The notes beneath the pieces are model-generated. The model was given only the letters and a program-made list of their open reading frames with translations, ran no database searches and had not been told where the DNA came from. Shown piece by piece: positions 61,913 to 64,000 of a stretch of 64,000 nucleotides of DNA. Source of the stretch: Herbiconiux sp. (GTDB lineage Bacteria > Actinomycetota > Actinomycetes > Actinomycetales > Microbacteriaceae); contig NZ_JAHFUY010000019.1 in NCBI RefSeq assembly GCF_023264895.1, positions 25,013 to 89,012 of the forward strand, in the 5' to 3' direction. The position numbers were made by a program, and so were the translations under genes. Positions within the stretch are counted from its first letter, which is position 1; each line of letters begins with the position of its first letter.

Positions 61913-63133
61913 TCAGCGCAGCTCGCCGAGGTCCTTGTTCTCCGACTGGCGGCTGCGCTCGAGGTAGGGCTTCGCGCGCTCGAGGCCCGTCTCGAGGGCG
62001 GTGACCGTGCCCTGCATGTTCTTGGCGGCCTCGGCGCGGAAGGTGTCGATGGCATCCATCGTCTGGAACACGTTGTCGAAGGCCTTCTGCAGGGTCTCGA
62101 CGCTCACGCCCGAGGTGGAGGCCTGCTGGTGGATGCGCGTGGTCTGGTCCTTCAGCATCTCGCTGGTCTGCAGGATCATGTTGTTCGTCGTGGTGTTGAT
62201 GGCGTCGATCTGGTCGAGCACCATCTTCTGGTTCGCGAGCGCCTGGGCCACGATCACGGCCGTGCGGAGCGCGGCGATGGTGGTGGTGCGCGCGCGGTCG
62301 ACACCCTTGATGAGCTCGGTGTTGTTCTTGCGGATCAGGTCCATCGCGAGGTAGCCCTGCACCGAGACGGCGAGCTGGGTCAGGATGTCCTGGTGGCGCT
62401 GGCGCACCGGGAACAGCACGTCGGCCTCGAGCTTCTGCGCCTCCTCGATGCGGCCCGCGGCACGGCTCGCCTCGATCTTCTCGACGCACGCGGCGTCGAG
62501 AGCCTTGGCGAACACCGCGTACTCGCTGAGCTGCTGCATGGTCTCCCAGAGCTGCACCTTCTCGCCGGCGAGCGAGGCGTTGTCCTTCAGCAGCTCGTCC
62601 TGACCGGCCATGAGCGACTTGATGATCTTGTCGAGCTGGGTCTGGGCCGACTCGTACTTCTGGAAGTACTTCGCGAGCTTGTTGCCGCCGGGGATGAAGC
62701 CGAGGATCTTGCGCCCCACGCCGAGGTCGGCCTGGTTGGGCGTGAGGTCTTCGACCGTGCTGCGCAGGTCGCCCAGGGTGGTGGCCACCTTGACCTGGGC
62801 GCTGTCGCCCGAGCGCTTGGCGCCGGCCACCGAGGTGGAGGAGCGCTCGAGCATGCGGCTGGAGTAGCCCGAGGACTGCACCATCTCCTTGCCGCCGATC
62901 TGGGTGATCCCCTCCACCTTCGTGGTGAACTCGGGTGCCCGCGGATCCAGGCTCGCCACCTCGGCGATGAAGGCGCGCGCCTGGGCCTGGATCTCGGTCT
63001 GCCGCTCGACGGGGACCGGCACCATGCCGGGGGCTTCGTCGGCCTTGACGATCTCCGGGGCCTCGGGGGCCTGCAGCACGAGCGAGGCCGCCTGGGTCTC
63101 GTCGGCGCTCGGGGGAGTGAGGGGCGTGCTCAT
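61913..63133 (-). CDS. telA: toxic anion resistance protein TelA family
   Basis: 406 aa, all-helical. Typical TelA stretches (…KYFQKYESAQTQLDKI…, …LAMDLIRKNN…). Start at MSTPLT (63133). Confidence 0.85.
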   Translation of the reverse strand: MSTPLTPPSADETQAASLVLQAPEAPEIVKADEAPGMVPVPVERQTEIQAQARAFIAEVASLDPRAPEFTTKVEGITQIGGKEMVQSSGYSSRMLERSSTSVAGAKRSGDSAQVKVATTLGDLRSTVEDLTPNQADLGVGRKILGFIPGGNKLAKYFQKYESAQTQLDKIIKSLMAGQDELLKDNASLAGEKVQLWETMQQLSEYAVFAKALDAACVEKIEASRAAGRIEEAQKLEADVLFPVRQRHQDILTQLAVSVQGYLAMDLIRKNNTELIKGVDRARTTTIAALRTAVIVAQALANQKMVLDQIDAINTTTNNMILQTSEMLKDQTTRIHQQASTSGVSVETLQKAFDNVFQTMDAIDTFRAEAAKNMQGTVTALETGLERAKPYLERSRQSENKDLGELR

Positions 63134-63191
63134 GGCGATCAGCTGCTCTCGTGTCAGAGGATTCGAAAGAGGGGGTGTCGGGGAGCCCGGA

Positions 63192-63770
63192 TCAGCCGAG
63201 CGGAACGCCGAAGTCGCCCGCGATGCCGGCGAGACCGGTGGTGTAGCCCTGGCCGACGGCCTTGAACTTCCACTCGGCGCCGTTGCGGTAGATCTCGGAG
63301 AAGAGCATCGCCGTCTCGGGAGCCGCGTCTTCACTCAGGTCGAAGCGCACGATCTCCTGGCCGTCCTGGTCGACCACGCGGCAGTAGGCGCCACGCACCT
63401 GGCCGAAGTTCTGGCGGCGCTCGTCGGCCTTGTCGATCGACACCGCGAAGATCACGCGCTCGACGTCGGCCCCGATCGACTGCAGGTCGACCGTGATCTG
63501 CTCGTCGTCTCCGTCGCCCTGGCCCGTGCGGTTGTCACCGAGGTGCACCACGGAGCCGTCGGCCGCGGAGGGCTGGTTGTAGAAGATGAAGTCGGCGCCG
63601 GAGCGCACCTTGCGGTTCGCGCCCACGAGGAGCGCCGACGCGTCGAGGTCGAACTGCTCGCCGCTCGTGGAACGCGGGTCCCAGCCGAGGCCCACGGTCG
63701 CGACCGTGAGGCCGGGGCTGGTCTTGGTGAGAGAGAGGTTGCTGCCCTTTTCGAGGCTGAGTCCTGCCAT
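63192..63770 (-). CDS. terD: TerD family stress protein
   Basis: AAGGAG ribosome-binding site. Shows LSLEKGSNLSLTK...VGLGWD...GDNRTGQGDGDDEQITVDL...NGAEWKFKAVGQGY. Confidence 0.92.
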   Translation of the reverse strand: MAGLSLEKGSNLSLTKTSPGLTVATVGLGWDPRSTSGEQFDLDASALLVGANRKVRSGADFIFYNQPSAADGSVVHLGDNRTGQGDGDDEQITVDLQSIGADVERVIFAVSIDKADERRQNFGQVRGAYCRVVDQDGQEIVRFDLSEDAAPETAMLFSEIYRNGAEWKFKAVGQGYTTGLAGIAGDFGVPLG

Positions 63771-63790
63771 GATGATGCTCCTTCGTCGAG

Positions 63791-64000
63791 TTAGAGAGTC
63801 TGGGCGGCCGGGCCGAGCAGGTCCATGACCGAACGGCCGTTGGCGCGTTCACCGATCGCCTTGAAGCTCCAGCCGGCGCCCTCGCGGGAGACCTTGGACA
63901 TGATCATGGCGGTGTGCGGGCCGGAGTCGGTGAGCTGGTAGCGGGCGACCTCGGGCGAGCCGGGGGTCGAGTCGTCGACCACGCGGCTGAAGGCGTTCTT
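63791..64000 (-). CDS. TerD/TerZ family protein, C-terminal part (5' end lies outside the window)
   Basis: The frame is open to the window end (…KNAFSRVVDDSTPG…REGAGWSFKAIGERANG…). TAA stop at 63791. Confidence 0.8.
   Translation of the reverse strand, partial: KNAFSRVVDDSTPGSPEVARYQLTDSGPHTAMIMSKVSREGAGWSFKAIGERANGRSVMDLLGPAAQTL

Noticed and set aside
1-64000. A window-wide search for recognisable anti-phage defence systems, toxin-antitoxin pairs, secretion systems, biosynthetic gene clusters (PKS/NRPS/RiPP) and RNA genes.
   Set aside because: I could not recognise any nuclease/ATPase/methylase defence combinations, TA-sized gene pairs, condensation, ketosynthase or precursor-peptide genes, or tRNA/rRNA-like sequences. 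The only stress or defence-linked system is the Ter cluster reported above.

Overview
This is GC-rich DNA (about 70 percent by eye, not computed) of actinobacterial chromosomal type, and it is almost fully coding. I call 58 protein genes, two of them cut by the window edges. Many are joined by ATGA/GTGA stop-start overlaps. I see no rRNA, tRNA, CRISPR array, transposase, integrase or prophage genes. Modules in order: (1) 1-8.7 kb, a plus-strand oxidoreductase operon with HIBADH-like dehydrogenases, two carboxymuconolactone-decarboxylase (CMD/AhpD) family proteins, a VAO/PCMH-type flavoprotein, a second FAD oxidase, an SDR, a Zn-ADH and an epimerase-like protein. (2) 8.8-10.2 kb, a lone DUF222/HNH gene. 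(3) 10.3-24 kb, a catabolic/transport island: a cupin plus a second VAO paralog, a flavin-reductase::GntR/FCD fusion regulator, an SDR, a small Zn-ribbon ORF coupled to hydantoinase/oxoprolinase A and B subunits, two tandem binding-protein genes and an ABC importer. A shared ATTGTC-N-GACA operator-like motif ties these units together. (4) 24-32 kb, mixed redox genes with an M24 hydrolase, an XRE-cupin regulator and a DMT transporter. (5) 32-39 kb, an aldehyde dehydrogenase, a GntR regulator and a VOC protein divergent from a fused E1 alpha/beta plus E2 2-oxoacid dehydrogenase pair. (6) 39-42.3 kb, an ArsO-like flavoprotein, gluconokinase, a UBP zinc-finger protein and a DUF2510 membrane protein. 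(7) 42.4-53.6 kb, a complete methionine-salvage locus: mtnA, an mtnK::mtnC fusion, mtnB, a class IV aminotransferase, a second mtnK, a ribose-type ABC importer and mtnD. (8) A ferritin-like::VIT1 iron transporter. (9) 55.1-64 kb, a Ter stress cluster (3 TerD, TelA and a degenerate TerD-like ORF) translationally welded to a two-PRTase / C-C lyase / HAD module. The top candidates for something new are the Ter-linked module with its two unassigned ORFs, the three-gene Zn-ribbon/HyuA/HyuB enzyme inside the motif-linked island, and the flavin-reductase::GntR fusion. All family assignments come from reading motifs by eye. No database search was run.
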